Shown here in pieces: positions 9,509-21,241 of a DNA stretch of 58,131 bases; within the stretch, counting starts at the first letter, position 1, and each line of letters opens with the position of its first letter. Source of the DNA: a virus (lineage: Duplodnaviria; Caudoviricetes); IMG/VR virus record IMGVR_UViG_3300044630_002552, positions 1 to 58,131 of that record; one strand, given 5' to 3'. Below the pieces are notes generated by a model that saw only the letters and a list, made by a program, of their open reading frames with translations, was not told the origin of the DNA and did not search any database. The position numbers and the translations under genes were made by a program.

Positions 9509-11524
9509 ATGGCACTACTACCTACCGAAAAAAATTGGGGTAAAAACAATAAAGATATAAAATATCTTAATAGAGATTTTGCATCACTCCGTCAATCTCT
9601 TATTGAATTTACGAAAACATACTATGCTGATACGTTTAACGATTTTAATGAAGCATCGCCTGGTATGATGTTTTTGGAACAAGCTGCATTTGTTGGTGAT
9701 GTTCTTTCTTATTATACAGATGCTCAATTAAAAGAATCATTTATTAATTTAGCTGGAAACTATAAAAACGTTTTAACTCAAGCACAAAATTTAGGATACA
9801 AACCAAAATTATCAAAGCCAGCAACAACAACTTTATCAGTTTATCAAACCGTTCCAAGTACAGGAAGTGGTATTAATAATAAACCTGATTATACTTATGC
9901 GTTGAAGATTAAACAGGGTATGCAAGTAAAATCTACTCTAAATACTAATTTGATTTTTACAACTACCGATGATGTAGATTTTAATGATGCAACTGATAGA
10001 GAGGTTAGTGTATTTCAAACAGATGGTGTTAAGCCACTATTATATCTTATAACAAAAAAAGTAAAAGCAATAAGCGCAGAATCAAAATCTGTAACGCAAG
10101 AGTTTTTTAGTTTTATAAAAAACCCAATCGTATCAATAAGTGATACTAACTTTATTGGAATAAGTAATGTGGTTGATAGCAATGGTAATAAATACTACGA
10201 AGTTCCTTATTTGGCGCAAGACATGATATATGTAAAAATACCAAATGTAGAATCAAACGACCCAACGTTATCACAATATAGAGAATCTGTACCATATTTA
10301 TTAAAATTAATCCGCACACCTCGCAGATTTACAACAAAAGTAATGGATACTGGTGATATTGAATTACGTTTTGGTGGTGGTAGTGGGGATGTAAGTGATG
10401 AGATATTAATACCATCTACTAAAAATGTTGGTTTGGGTTTAAACAATTCAATTGATAAACTTGGTGAAACATTTGACCCAACACATTTTTTAAAAACATC
10501 AACATATGGTATAGCACCATCACAGACTACATTAACAATTAATTATTTATCTGGTGGTGGTATTTCGTCAAATGTACAAAGTGGTGATTTATCAACAATT
10601 AATTTAATTGAATTTGATGAAGATTTGATACAATATACACCAATATCATTACCACAATATAACCAATCAAAACAATCGGTAGCGGTTACTAATTTAGAAC
10701 CAGCAGTAGGTGGAGCTGGTGGTGAAACTATTGAAGAAATTAGAGAAAACGCAATAGCAAACTATGGTTCTCAAAATAGAGCAGTAACTCGTAAAGATTA
10801 CGAAATTAGAACACTTGCTATGGATGCTCAATTCGGTGGTGTTGCAAAAGTTTATGTAGCACAAGATACTGCATTGGATGATACAAAGGTACAATCGGTT
10901 TTAAGAGATGATACTGCTAGGCAACAATTTTTAAATTTAGTAAAATCATCAGTAGGTAAAAGTGATACGGAAATAGGTGACCAGATTGAAAGATATATTT
11001 TACAACAAAAATCTATAAACGCGGAGTTTAATAATCCATTTGCTATCAATATGTATCTTTTGGGATATGATGTTAATGGCAACCTCACCACACTAAATGA
11101 TGCAGTTAGACAAAATCTAAAAACATATTTAGAAGAATATAGAATGTTGACAGATGCGGTTAATATGTTAGATGGATTTGTTATTAATATTGGTATAAAC
11201 TATGAGATTACAGTATTTTCCAACTACAATAAACGAGAAGTTTTATTAAAAGCCAATCAAGCATTAATAAACTATTTTGATATTACAAAATGGCAAATGA
11301 ACGAACCTATAAATTTAAGTGAGATTGAATTGGAAATAGCAAATATAGATGGTGTATCTTCCGTTCAAAATGTGGAAGTTGTAAATTTAAGAGGTAGTAA
11401 TTATTCTACATACGCTTACAACATTAAAGAGGCAACTCGTAACAAAATGGTTTATCCATCTTTAGACCCTGCAATCTTTGAAATTAAATTTCCAAACACA
11501 GATATTAAAGGAAGAGCACTATAA
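9509..11524 (+). CDS. Baseplate wedge subunit gp6 / baseplate J-like
   Basis: RDFASLRQSL, DFNEASPG, AQNLGYKP, GGAGGETIEEIR...QNRAVTRKDY. Confidence 0.88.
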   Translation: MALLPTEKNWGKNNKDIKYLNRDFASLRQSLIEFTKTYYADTFNDFNEASPGMMFLEQAAFVGDVLSYYTDAQLKESFINLAGNYKNVLTQAQNLGYKPKLSKPATTTLSVYQTVPSTGSGINNKPDYTYALKIKQGMQVKSTLNTNLIFTTTDDVDFNDATDREVSVFQTDGVKPLLYLITKKVKAISAESKSVTQEFFSFIKNPIVSISDTNFIGISNVVDSNGNKYYEVPYLAQDMIYVKIPNVESNDPTLSQYRESVPYLLKLIRTPRRFTTKVMDTGDIELRFGGGSGDVSDEILIPSTKNVGLGLNNSIDKLGETFDPTHFLKTSTYGIAPSQTTLTINYLSGGGISSNVQSGDLSTINLIEFDEDLIQYTPISLPQYNQSKQSVAVTNLEPAVGGAGGETIEEIRENAIANYGSQNRAVTRKDYEIRTLAMDAQFGGVAKVYVAQDTALDDTKVQSVLRDDTARQQFLNLVKSSVGKSDTEIGDQIERYILQQKSINAEFNNPFAINMYLLGYDVNGNLTTLNDAVRQNLKTYLEEYRMLTDAVNMLDGFVINIGINYEITVFSNYNKREVLLKANQALINYFDITKWQMNEPINLSEIELEIANIDGVSSVQNVEVVNLRGSNYSTYAYNIKEATRNKMVYPSLDPAIFEIKFPNTDIKGRAL

Positions 11525-12633
11525 TGAACATATTTTACACAGCATCATCGGATGCAAGTATATACTTACAACAACCATACCAAAATACTGGTATTGATGA
11601 GATATTAGAAGTATCTAAACAATACTATGGTGATACAAAAGATATTGCTAGAACTTTAATAAAGTTTGATTTAACTGCCATATCTCGTAGTGTAGCTAGT
11701 GGTGAAATTCCATCCGGTTCTTTTACTGCATCGTTAGAATTAAAGTTAGCAGAAGCAAATGAAATACCCGCAACAATTACATTACAAGCATACCCAATCT
11801 CACAGAGTTGGGAAAATGGTACTGGTACTCGTTTTGATAAAATATCTACAAATGGTGTAACTTGGATTTATCGTAATGGTGATGATACAACATCTATATG
11901 GAATGATGATATAAATGGTATTACCGCATCTTTTACTGCTGGAACAACTGGTTCTTGGACTGGATATGGTGGTACTTGGCACACACAATCAGCTGATAGT
12001 AATACATACTCATATGAGTTAGGTGATGTAACTTTTGATATTACACAACAACTTCGTGTTTGGTTAAGTGGTAGTTATGCTAACAATGGCTTAATTATCA
12101 AATATAATTCAGAAGCAGAAGAAGATAGAGTTGATTATGGTTCTATAAAGTTTTTCTCAAAAGAAACAAATACCATCTACCAACCAAAATTAAAAATTAG
12201 TTGGCAAGAAACATCACCATCAACAGGTAGTTTAGCAGCTGTTGGTACTAGACAATATAGAGTTTATTCATCTAATTTAAAAAACCAATACAAGTTAGGA
12301 CAAAAAGTACAAATAAAATTATTAGCGAGAGAGTTATATCCAATTAAACAATTTAACCCGATAACATCTGGAAATGTTTATCCAACATTTGAATATCAAA
12401 CTGGATATAAATTACCAACAGAAAGTTATTATACTATAAAAGATACGATTACAAAAGAAACAATTGTACCATACGATGTAAATTCAAAAGTATTAGTAGG
12501 AACAGATAGTAATATCATTCGTCTAGACTTTACTAATTTTGCTTATGGTAGAGTATATAATCTAATGGTGAAAGTTGTTGAAGATTATAACGAAGAAGAA
12601 TTTGAATTGGGTGATTTTGAAATAATCAAATAA
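11524..12633 (+). CDS. Virion structural protein with DNRLRE/CBM96-like domain
   Basis: DASIY, RTLIKFDL, SWENGTG, NNGLII, FFSKE...QPKL. Confidence 0.6.
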   Translation: MNIFYTASSDASIYLQQPYQNTGIDEILEVSKQYYGDTKDIARTLIKFDLTAISRSVASGEIPSGSFTASLELKLAEANEIPATITLQAYPISQSWENGTGTRFDKISTNGVTWIYRNGDDTTSIWNDDINGITASFTAGTTGSWTGYGGTWHTQSADSNTYSYELGDVTFDITQQLRVWLSGSYANNGLIIKYNSEAEEDRVDYGSIKFFSKETNTIYQPKLKISWQETSPSTGSLAAVGTRQYRVYSSNLKNQYKLGQKVQIKLLARELYPIKQFNPITSGNVYPTFEYQTGYKLPTESYYTIKDTITKETIVPYDVNSKVLVGTDSNIIRLDFTNFAYGRVYNLMVKVVEDYNEEEFELGDFEIIK

Positions 12634-13643
12634 TGGCAATAGATAGAACAAATATAAATTATAGTGATAGCTTATCCGAAACACTATCAACTAAATTATA
12701 TACCGATGACTTAAATAGTATTCAGGTTGAAAAATCTGTTGATACAAAGGTTACGGAATTAATTAAACCATTACCAACTCCAAATTTAGATTTAGTACCA
12801 AAGCCAATATATGATGCGGAGGTGGAATTAAATGCGGAATTAAATAGAGAAATTACAAATTTAAATACTGAAATAGCAGATTTAACAGAAAAATTAAATC
12901 AAAAAACTTCGGATAGTGGTTCATTGTACGTTTCAAACGATTTCCTTAAAATAACAAATGCAAATTTAGAAAACAATTTGGCAGCACAAAATAATATAGT
13001 TAGTGAATTGAGAACAGGATTATCAACTGCTATACAAAAATCAATTTCAGAAAATGCGGAACGAACGGGATTGGAAGCCGAAACATCTGGTCTAACCGCA
13101 CAAAAAACTGCTTTATTAAAACAAATAGATACTTTAAATAATTTGGTAAAAGCGGCAGGTGCTTCATTGGAATCCGTTCAATCATCGTTAATTGATTCGC
13201 AACGGGCGTTAGCAGAAGCACAGACTTCAAATTCACAAGCGCAAGCTAGAGCAGCAGCTGAACAATCTATAAGAATACAATCGGAATTATCTAAAACAAA
13301 GAAAAAGAAAATTATTTGTAACGAACTATATAATCAAGGTTATTTACCACAGCACATTTGGAATGCGGATGAACGATATGGTAATATGATGTTTGATAAA
13401 GAACCAAAATTAGTATTAGGTTATATGATGTGGGCAAAGGATGTGGTTAAGTTTATGAAAGAAAAACCTAAATATACCAAATGGATTTATACGATAGTTA
13501 AACCTTGGACAGAACATATGGCATATGAGATGGGTGAATTACCTAATGATAATTTCATAGGAAAAATTATTCATAATGTTGGTAAGAAATATTGCTATTA
13601 TGTATATAATCAAACAATGAGTAAAAGAAATTTAGCATACTAA
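12633..13643 (+). CDS. Coiled-coil virion protein with distinct C-terminal globular domain
   Basis: Long heptad-like region followed by KKKIICNELYNQG domain. Confidence 0.55.
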   Translation: MAIDRTNINYSDSLSETLSTKLYTDDLNSIQVEKSVDTKVTELIKPLPTPNLDLVPKPIYDAEVELNAELNREITNLNTEIADLTEKLNQKTSDSGSLYVSNDFLKITNANLENNLAAQNNIVSELRTGLSTAIQKSISENAERTGLEAETSGLTAQKTALLKQIDTLNNLVKAAGASLESVQSSLIDSQRALAEAQTSNSQAQARAAAEQSIRIQSELSKTKKKKIICNELYNQGYLPQHIWNADERYGNMMFDKEPKLVLGYMMWAKDVVKFMKEKPKYTKWIYTIVKPWTEHMAYEMGELPNDNFIGKIIHNVGKKYCYYVYNQTMSKRNLAY

Positions 13644-13645
13644 TA

Positions 13646-15283
13646 ATGGCAATAAAAGATTTTAAAAATATCGAAAAAATAAATCAGGAGTTAGAGCAAA
13701 CTGCTCAACTAATAAAACCTGCTGATTTAAATATATTTAAAACATCCGCTAAAAGTGTAGATGATTTTGGATTATCAAAAAATGATGCTATTGAGTTCCG
13801 TTTATATGATATTTCAAATAATCTATTAGAACAAACTAATGGTGTTAAAGTTAGATATATCCACAAAGATGAACTATTCAAATATTTAAAACAGTCATTA
13901 GATACAACAACTGGTGAAAAAATATTTGAAATTGATGTTGAGAAATTGGTATTTGACGCAGGATATGGAAATGGTGAGTTTAGAGTAAGTTTTGCATTTG
14001 TTAAAAACTATGTAGGAAACGAAAATAAAAAGAAAAGAGTTTGGATACATGAAGTATCACCATCACGAACTGAAATTAGAGTATTACCATTGTTAGGCTC
14101 CGATAGCAGTATTAATGTGGATTTGGAAGATAGATATTATTCTTTTATGGATAACGTAGTTGAGCTTCGTCAATCTTATAAAGAAATACAAGCATTTTTA
14201 GATAAAATAGAATTAAACATATCAACACTTATAGATGATTATTTTATATCATCTTTTGGACCAAAATATATTGAAGTAATAAACAAAGACTTTATTTTCG
14301 GTGGACCAGATGGTTATACGAATTTCAAAAATAAAGTTTATGTAAATTTCCGTGAATCGGTTATAAATGAAATCAATGGAAAACAATTTAGATTGGGTTC
14401 GGTTGATTATGGGCAACAAATAAGTGCTACAATTGATTTAGATGATTTTGTATCAACTGCAGAATTTAGACTAATTATAGAAAATAGATTACACGATTCG
14501 GTTGAATATAATATTGAAAGACTTCCTAAAAAAATATATAGTTTGTTATTTAAAGAAGTAATTGGTGAATATAGACCATCGAAAGAATTACAATCTTTAT
14601 TAAATACTGGATATAATTCAGTTACTAAATTACAATCTATACAAGATTCCACCGGCGTAAATCCTAACCAAACAAATAGAACAACAACTAAATTAGCGGA
14701 TAGAGTTATATACGAAGAAGAGAAAAAGAAAGAGTTACCACAAGATAAAGAGCCACGTAGAGAACCATATGTTCCACCAACTATATACCGAGAACCTGCG
14801 GGAACTGTTTTGGTTTCAGATGTAATACCTGGTAGAAAACCACCAGAGGCAATAAATCCAGGATTTGAAACAAGTGATTATGGATTCACACCAGGCGCAC
14901 CAATCGGCCCTCCAGTAATTCCATTAGAACCAGTAATACCACAAGGTACATCCACTTCTATATCACCATCTCAATTCTACTATACGTTAGATAATGAAAC
15001 GGATAGTGACCAGACCGTAACATATAATGTTGGTCCTAACGCAACACTATTGACTATGGTAGTTCCAGCCAGAGGAAATAGAATTGTTTGTGCAAATGTT
15101 GGAACTGTTAATGGTAATGTTACAAAGAATGCAAGAGCTGGTTGTGGTGGTGGAGAAGTAATAACCACACCTACAAGAGCAGCAGCTCCAACAACCACTA
15201 CTTCGTCTGGCGGAGGAGGTGGAGGCGCAGGCGATGGTGGTAGAAGTAATGATTTATTTATTGATTCATCAATCACCTCATAG
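13646..15283 (+). CDS. Putative virion structural protein, Pro/Thr/Gly-rich C-terminus
   Basis: 545 aa; IHEVSPSRTEIRV motif; low-complexity tail. Confidence 0.55.
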   Translation: MAIKDFKNIEKINQELEQTAQLIKPADLNIFKTSAKSVDDFGLSKNDAIEFRLYDISNNLLEQTNGVKVRYIHKDELFKYLKQSLDTTTGEKIFEIDVEKLVFDAGYGNGEFRVSFAFVKNYVGNENKKKRVWIHEVSPSRTEIRVLPLLGSDSSINVDLEDRYYSFMDNVVELRQSYKEIQAFLDKIELNISTLIDDYFISSFGPKYIEVINKDFIFGGPDGYTNFKNKVYVNFRESVINEINGKQFRLGSVDYGQQISATIDLDDFVSTAEFRLIIENRLHDSVEYNIERLPKKIYSLLFKEVIGEYRPSKELQSLLNTGYNSVTKLQSIQDSTGVNPNQTNRTTTKLADRVIYEEEKKKELPQDKEPRREPYVPPTIYREPAGTVLVSDVIPGRKPPEAINPGFETSDYGFTPGAPIGPPVIPLEPVIPQGTSTSISPSQFYYTLDNETDSDQTVTYNVGPNATLLTMVVPARGNRIVCANVGTVNGNVTKNARAGCGGGEVITTPTRAAAPTTTTSSGGGGGGAGDGGRSNDLFIDSSITS

Positions 15284-15337
15284 GATAGAAACCCAAAATC
15301 CTAAAAAGTGATAATTATAGTAAAGAAATAATACAAA

Positions 15338-18300
15338 ATGGCTTTAACACCAGAGCAAAAGGCGGAAGCGGATAAATTGGGAATACCCTACGATACATAC
15401 GAAGCCAGCATCGCACAGATGATAGCTGATTTGGCAAAAATCGTAGAAGGATTTAATGCTCCTGGTGGTATAAACACCGCCGAAGGCCAAGCCGCATTGA
15501 CGGCAGGTATAGCTGCTAATATTGGTAATATAAATCCACTCACAATGTTGGGTAGTGATACTATTGGGCCAATACAAAGTGGTATTACTTTAACAAGAGC
15601 TGATGGTTCTAGGGAGGTTATATCATCAACCAATCCTACGCAAGATTTATCATCGCAAACCGCTATTGATAAATTAATGAAAGATGTTGTTAATATAAAT
15701 TATTTAGATAACAACGCTGGTAAAAATGTAGATGTACCAATCACCCGTCCAGTTAAAACAATCAATGTAAAGGTAGTAAATAATTCAGTATCAAAAGGAA
15801 CTACAACTTACACTATAAATGGTCAAATCGTAGAAGAGGGTAGTACTACTCAATTTAATTTAGATAAATTAAATGATAGTACAATAATTTTTCCAAATTA
15901 TGATACAAATAAATACACCATTTTAAATAGATTTATAATTGGTAAAAGCGGTGATGGTTTGGTTTTAAATGAAGTAGAGGGTAGTACGCCAAAAGAACCA
16001 ATATTTTTTCCAAAAACACCAGCAACTCTTGAATTAAATTATAAATATCAGGTAATTCAAAATCCCCCATCTACTAAAACCAAATCAAAAACTATTGCTG
16101 GTGGAACAACCTATACAGTAAAGCAAGAATTTGGATTTGTAACAAATTATAGACAATCTCCGTTTAACATTAGAGTTGATAGTGCAGATTTATCATCACC
16201 ATTATTATTAAAAACAGATGATGGTGCTACTATTACAACCGACAATAGAGAATTACGGGATGTTTCATTTTCAGTATCAAATACTGGTAACTATGATTTA
16301 GTTGGATTAAAATGGGCTTATGCCGGGGATGATAATTTTACAACAGATGGATTTAGAGATGGTAGATTGATTATACCATCAAACAAATTAATCCGTAACA
16401 TAAATGTTATGGTTGATTTGAAACCAAGCGAAAACAAAATCGCTGGTGTTCAAGTCGATTCATTACAGCCTAATTTTAAAATTTCAGGTACAACTTTACG
16501 TTCAAAATATAAAACACAAACGATACAAGTACCAATTGCAATAAGAAATGCAGAAGGTGTTATTGTTAAAACTCCGTTTGCTCAAAGAGTAATTGGTGCT
16601 ACTGCTGGTAGTATATACGAAAATAAGGTAATTACATTAGATTTAAAAGCTGATTTTAATAATAACATTGGTTCATTTAAAGTTGCTTTTATATCAACTA
16701 ATAGTGTGTTTGGAGATGCACCAAATCCTGGCTACACTACCATAAATTTAAGTGAAGGATATGATGTACCATTAATTAACGATTTAGATTTTCCAGATTC
16801 AATAACAATTCCAACATATACGTTGGGAGATTACCCATTTAGTACAACATATCGTTCAGATACCGCAGATTATGTAATTGTATATCACACCAGTGAGGAA
16901 GATAAAAATATAATTGGCAAGTATGGTAAAGCAGATACATTAAACTTTAATTTTAATGATTTAAAAAGCAAAGGCGCTTTAAATTCATCATCAAAAATTG
17001 ATTTGATATTTGTTCCATACGATGAAAGTAATGTGAATGGTCAATCCATAATGGAAGCTATTCGTGGTGATGAAACTAAAATTACAATATCAGTAACGGA
17101 GCCTCCTCTTTATATTTCAACCGATAAATTAAAACAAGATTTTTATAATTCAATAATTAGTAATATTGATTTTAATTTAGAAGATACTCCAAAGTATTTA
17201 AATCATCTTGCTGAATTTGATAAAGAAGATAAACAAATTGTAATATCAAACTGGGATGAAGATAATTCAACATTTACTAATTTTAGAATTGATGAATTAG
17301 GAAATCAAATACCTGTTGATATACAACGAAGTATTGTTTTAAAATTATACGAACCATTACCGACAACTATTACTAAAAATGATAGTTTGTGGATTAGTAA
17401 AATAATGGCCTTGCCAATTGTAAGAACAATTACAATAACAAGTGAAAGTGAGCAAAATTTAAAATATTTAAGAGGTCCTAATTTTGATATAGATGTAGAT
17501 TTTGTTAAAGAACAATCAACATCGTTTGAATCGTTAGACCAACTTATTCTTTCCGGTTCTACATCATCACAACAAATTGTTGATAAATACTTATACGATA
17601 ATTTATTTGAGGTAGATAAGGTCAATATAGATTATAGTGATTTTAATAATTTTGTAAAATATAGTTCGGCGGTTGAAAGATTAGCCAACTTTAAATACAA
17701 AAAAGAATTATTAGAATACTATGATGATAGGATTTTTCATTTACAAACATTTACCGGCTCTGTTAGTATTATAAATGAAATAACATCATATGAAACAAAA
17801 AAAGTAAATTTATTAAATGCATTTGATGGTTGGGAAAACTATGTGGTATCATCATCTGTTTCAAATTTTCCAAAGGTCGGTTTATTTGCTGGTAAATTTA
17901 CAACTGGTTCATTTGATGCAAATGGAAACTACATTGTTCAGTATGCACCAACTGGTTCTGGTACAACAACTAATTGGTTTAACTCTACGTTATCTATTGC
18001 TGATAATTATGATAAAAACAATAGAAACTTATTAAAAAACAATATACCATTACATCTTATAGATAGTGGTGATAATGATAGTTATTTGTTGTTTTTAGAT
18101 ATGATTGGTCATCACTTTGATATTATTTGGTCTTACATAAAAGGTATGGCCGAAACAAAGAACATAACGGAAACAAATGATTATGGTATTCATGATGATT
18201 TCTTATATGATTATCTAAAATCATTTGGTTGGGATGCAAAAAATCTAAACTCAAATCAACAACTATGGAAATATGCATTTGGAAAAGATGCAGATGGGAA

Positions 18301-20527
18301 TGTAGTTGAAGAAAATACACCAGAGCAAAGAACCAAATCAATTTGGAGAAGAATTGCTAATAACTTACCTTATTTATTAAAACACAAAGGTACAAAGCGT
18401 GGTATTCAAGCTCTATTAAATTGCTATGGAATTGCTAACTCTAACTTATCTATTATAGAGTTTGGTGGACCGGATACCGATGATGCATTAGAGTCTACAA
18501 AATATATATACGATACACAAACTGCAAATTTAAATTTCATAAGCGGTTCGTATTTAACTACAAATTGGAGTGGTTCAAACGCAATTGAGTTAAGAATCAA
18601 ACCCGCGTATTCTGGTAGTGGAATGACTTTAGTTTCGGGTAGTTCATTTAAACTATCATTAGTACCGGGTAATCATTCCTCACAAACATCTGGTAGTTTA
18701 GAATTAACATTTACATCAGGTTCCCCTGCTTTAACAGTAACCTATGTAACAAATCAATATCAATTCTACGATGGAAACTACCATAGTATATTATTAAATA
18801 GAGAAGCAATTGGTACTGATTCTACATTCACACTTTACTATAAAAATGGTGAAAAGGATAGGATAATAAAATCCGGAAGTTATTCGTTTGGAATAGGTAG
18901 TGCTCCTTGGAATACTGGTTCAACTATACAATTGGGTGGTAATTATGTAGGTGAAATGGATGAGTTCCGTATGTGGAATACTGCATTGAGTGAAAGTGCA
19001 TTTGACTTACACGTTTTGCATCCGGAAGCTATAAATGGTAATCATATATCAGCATCTACAACCGATTTACAAGTTCGTTTAGATTTTGAGTGGCCAAAGA
19101 ATTTGGCATTGACGGCATCTGTTAAAAACGTAGCACCAAAAAATACATATCAAACATATGTAAGTGCAAGTGGGTTTAATAATATAGCAGCATATCCATA
19201 CCAATATGAAATTATAGATAGAACTGTTAGTTTGGAAATACCAAATTCAGGAGCATCTCGATATAGTTCTAACAAAGTAAGATTTGAGGACCAAACTCTA
19301 ATAAGTGATTTATCATACAAATCGCGTTCAACTAAAAAAGCATACGAAACATCAAAGCGTGATAGCAATAGATTAGGATTATTTTTCTCTCCAAATAAAG
19401 ATTTAGATTTGGATATTGCTAAATCATTTGGTGGAGTTAGTATAGATGATTATATTGGGGCATACGATGACCAGTATCAGGACACTTACAAAGATTTAGC
19501 CGATTTAAGAAACTACTATTTTGAAAGAATAGGTGAAAGAGATATTTATCAATTTATCAATTTAGTTCGTCTTTATGACAAATCGTTATTTCTAAACCTT
19601 AAAGAGATGATACCTGCAAGGGTTAAAGCTACAACTGGTTTATTAATAGCACCACACTTATTAGAAAGAAGTAAGCATAGAATACGGCCGGTAACTACCG
19701 AATATACATCATCAAACGCAGATACTACTATTGTAATTACAGATACTACACTAATTAGTGGTGATGTGAATATATACGATGCTAATTTAATGTTGACTGC
19801 ATCTACATTATTGGTTGGTGAGTTTGGTAATTACGAAGCATCTTTAAGTTTAGCAACATCAAATGTATTAGAAGCTGAAAATGATAGTTATGAAACTACA
19901 ATTAACACATTAGATATAGATAATTTAGTTTTGGTTGATAATTACTACGAAACCAATCAAACCGCATCTATTGATACTAGAATAATATCAGGAAGTTTAA
20001 CGGCTGAATTTGAATTATTAGGCAGTACAATTGTAAATGTAGGTGAATTATATAGTGATGTTGGATATAATACTTATTTTGACAATGGTTGGGCTAGGTT
20101 AAATTATGAAGATTATGATGGTACATATAAATCCAGAAAAGTAAGAGGATTTGTAGTTACTCGTAGAAGTGATTTGATAATACCTATGAATGTTGGTGGA
20201 ATTTCTGGCTCAATTTATGAAGATATATTAACAGATGTCTTTACACAAGAATTAATATTACAAGAGGGATACCAAACTGCTTCATTAGCTAGTGATGTAA
20301 ATATAGTTTCTATCACAACTGCGAGTGGATATTTAAAATCTCACTATATATATAATAAAGATAGAAGCATAGGTTTGGAAAACACATTCTTCAAAGGTGC
20401 TAAACAAACAACTGCAACTACTATTGATGGTAGAGCAGCGGTTGAAGAGTTCGTATCTAATCCTACTATCCTACGTGTTAATGAGAATGGAAGACCTAAC
20501 AACGAACCGATATTGGTTGTTGATTAA
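15338..20527 (+). CDS. Large baseplate/tail protein with LamG-like lectin domain
   Basis: 1729 aa; IWRRIANNLPYLLKHKGT...LLNCYG (P2 gpI/gp7-like baseplate motif); YVGEMDEFRMWNTALS (LamG-like). Confidence 0.6.
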   Translation: MALTPEQKAEADKLGIPYDTYEASIAQMIADLAKIVEGFNAPGGINTAEGQAALTAGIAANIGNINPLTMLGSDTIGPIQSGITLTRADGSREVISSTNPTQDLSSQTAIDKLMKDVVNINYLDNNAGKNVDVPITRPVKTINVKVVNNSVSKGTTTYTINGQIVEEGSTTQFNLDKLNDSTIIFPNYDTNKYTILNRFIIGKSGDGLVLNEVEGSTPKEPIFFPKTPATLELNYKYQVIQNPPSTKTKSKTIAGGTTYTVKQEFGFVTNYRQSPFNIRVDSADLSSPLLLKTDDGATITTDNRELRDVSFSVSNTGNYDLVGLKWAYAGDDNFTTDGFRDGRLIIPSNKLIRNINVMVDLKPSENKIAGVQVDSLQPNFKISGTTLRSKYKTQTIQVPIAIRNAEGVIVKTPFAQRVIGATAGSIYENKVITLDLKADFNNNIGSFKVAFISTNSVFGDAPNPGYTTINLSEGYDVPLINDLDFPDSITIPTYTLGDYPFSTTYRSDTADYVIVYHTSEEDKNIIGKYGKADTLNFNFNDLKSKGALNSSSKIDLIFVPYDESNVNGQSIMEAIRGDETKITISVTEPPLYISTDKLKQDFYNSIISNIDFNLEDTPKYLNHLAEFDKEDKQIVISNWDEDNSTFTNFRIDELGNQIPVDIQRSIVLKLYEPLPTTITKNDSLWISKIMALPIVRTITITSESEQNLKYLRGPNFDIDVDFVKEQSTSFESLDQLILSGSTSSQQIVDKYLYDNLFEVDKVNIDYSDFNNFVKYSSAVERLANFKYKKELLEYYDDRIFHLQTFTGSVSIINEITSYETKKVNLLNAFDGWENYVVSSSVSNFPKVGLFAGKFTTGSFDANGNYIVQYAPTGSGTTTNWFNSTLSIADNYDKNNRNLLKNNIPLHLIDSGDNDSYLLFLDMIGHHFDIIWSYIKGMAETKNITETNDYGIHDDFLYDYLKSFGWDAKNLNSNQQLWKYAFGKDADGNVVEENTPEQRTKSIWRRIANNLPYLLKHKGTKRGIQALLNCYGIANSNLSIIEFGGPDTDDALESTKYIYDTQTANLNFISGSYLTTNWSGSNAIELRIKPAYSGSGMTLVSGSSFKLSLVPGNHSSQTSGSLELTFTSGSPALTVTYVTNQYQFYDGNYHSILLNREAIGTDSTFTLYYKNGEKDRIIKSGSYSFGIGSAPWNTGSTIQLGGNYVGEMDEFRMWNTALSESAFDLHVLHPEAINGNHISASTTDLQVRLDFEWPKNLALTASVKNVAPKNTYQTYVSASGFNNIAAYPYQYEIIDRTVSLEIPNSGASRYSSNKVRFEDQTLISDLSYKSRSTKKAYETSKRDSNRLGLFFSPNKDLDLDIAKSFGGVSIDDYIGAYDDQYQDTYKDLADLRNYYFERIGERDIYQFINLVRLYDKSLFLNLKEMIPARVKATTGLLIAPHLLERSKHRIRPVTTEYTSSNADTTIVITDTTLISGDVNIYDANLMLTASTLLVGEFGNYEASLSLATSNVLEAENDSYETTINTLDIDNLVLVDNYYETNQTASIDTRIISGSLTAEFELLGSTIVNVGELYSDVGYNTYFDNGWARLNYEDYDGTYKSRKVRGFVVTRRSDLIIPMNVGGISGSIYEDILTDVFTQELILQEGYQTASLASDVNIVSITTASGYLKSHYIYNKDRSIGLENTFFKGAKQTTATTIDGRAAVEEFVSNPTILRVNENGRPNNEPILVVD

Positions 20528-20562
20528 TAAAGTTAAAAAAAAAGTAAAAAATTATATATTAT

Positions 20563-20571
20563 ATATTTATT
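20563..20571 (+). promoter_or_regulatory. Putative late promoter motif (ATATTTATT)
   Basis: Variant of the recurrent intergenic motif. Confidence 0.55.
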
Positions 20572-20590
20572 AATGATATAAAATACAAAT

Positions 20591-21220
20591 ATGGGATATT
20601 TAGATAATACTACAATTACTGTTGATGCTATTCTTACAAAAAAAGGAAGAGAGAAGTTAGCATCCGGACAATCATTAAACATTACACAATTTGCTTTGGG
20701 TGATGATGAAATTGATTACGCTTTATACGATGCAGCACACCCAAAGGGTTCTGCTTACTATGATGCATCAATAAAAGCTACTCCTATTTTAGAAGCATCA
20801 CCAGATGAAACTCAAGTATTGAAGTATAAATTGGTTACATTACCAAAGAATACTACAAAAATTCCACAAGTTTCATTGAATGTTACTATAATAGCGGCTA
20901 AAACAACATCGGGTCAATTCCCAATAACACCAACAACTTCTCCATCTGGAAATAAGAATGCTGGTTATACTGCAATATTGGCTAACAAAAACGCAGGTTC
21001 TCTTATTGGTGAAGGTTTGACAAGTGCAAATACAACTTCAACAACTTTCTTGGGTTCAAATATTACAACAACCGCAGAAGTTGCAAAGGGTTTAACTTTC
21101 TCTTTCATACCTAATAGTTCATTAACATCAAACGTTTCTACAACAATAACAATATTTGGAAATGAGACAGGTGGTTCAGTAACAATTCCAGTTACAGTAA
21201 CCTATGTAACACCTGTATAA
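20591..21220 (+). CDS. Virion structural protein (tail/baseplate region)
   Basis: DAILTKKGREKLA...ITQFALGDDEIDY resembles tail-fibre-base N-termini; beta-rich. Confidence 0.55.
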   Translation: MGYLDNTTITVDAILTKKGREKLASGQSLNITQFALGDDEIDYALYDAAHPKGSAYYDASIKATPILEASPDETQVLKYKLVTLPKNTTKIPQVSLNVTIIAAKTTSGQFPITPTTSPSGNKNAGYTAILANKNAGSLIGEGLTSANTTSTTFLGSNITTTAEVAKGLTFSFIPNSSLTSNVSTTITIFGNETGGSVTIPVTVTYVTPV

Positions 21221-21241
21221 TAAATTGGATAATAAAACAAT

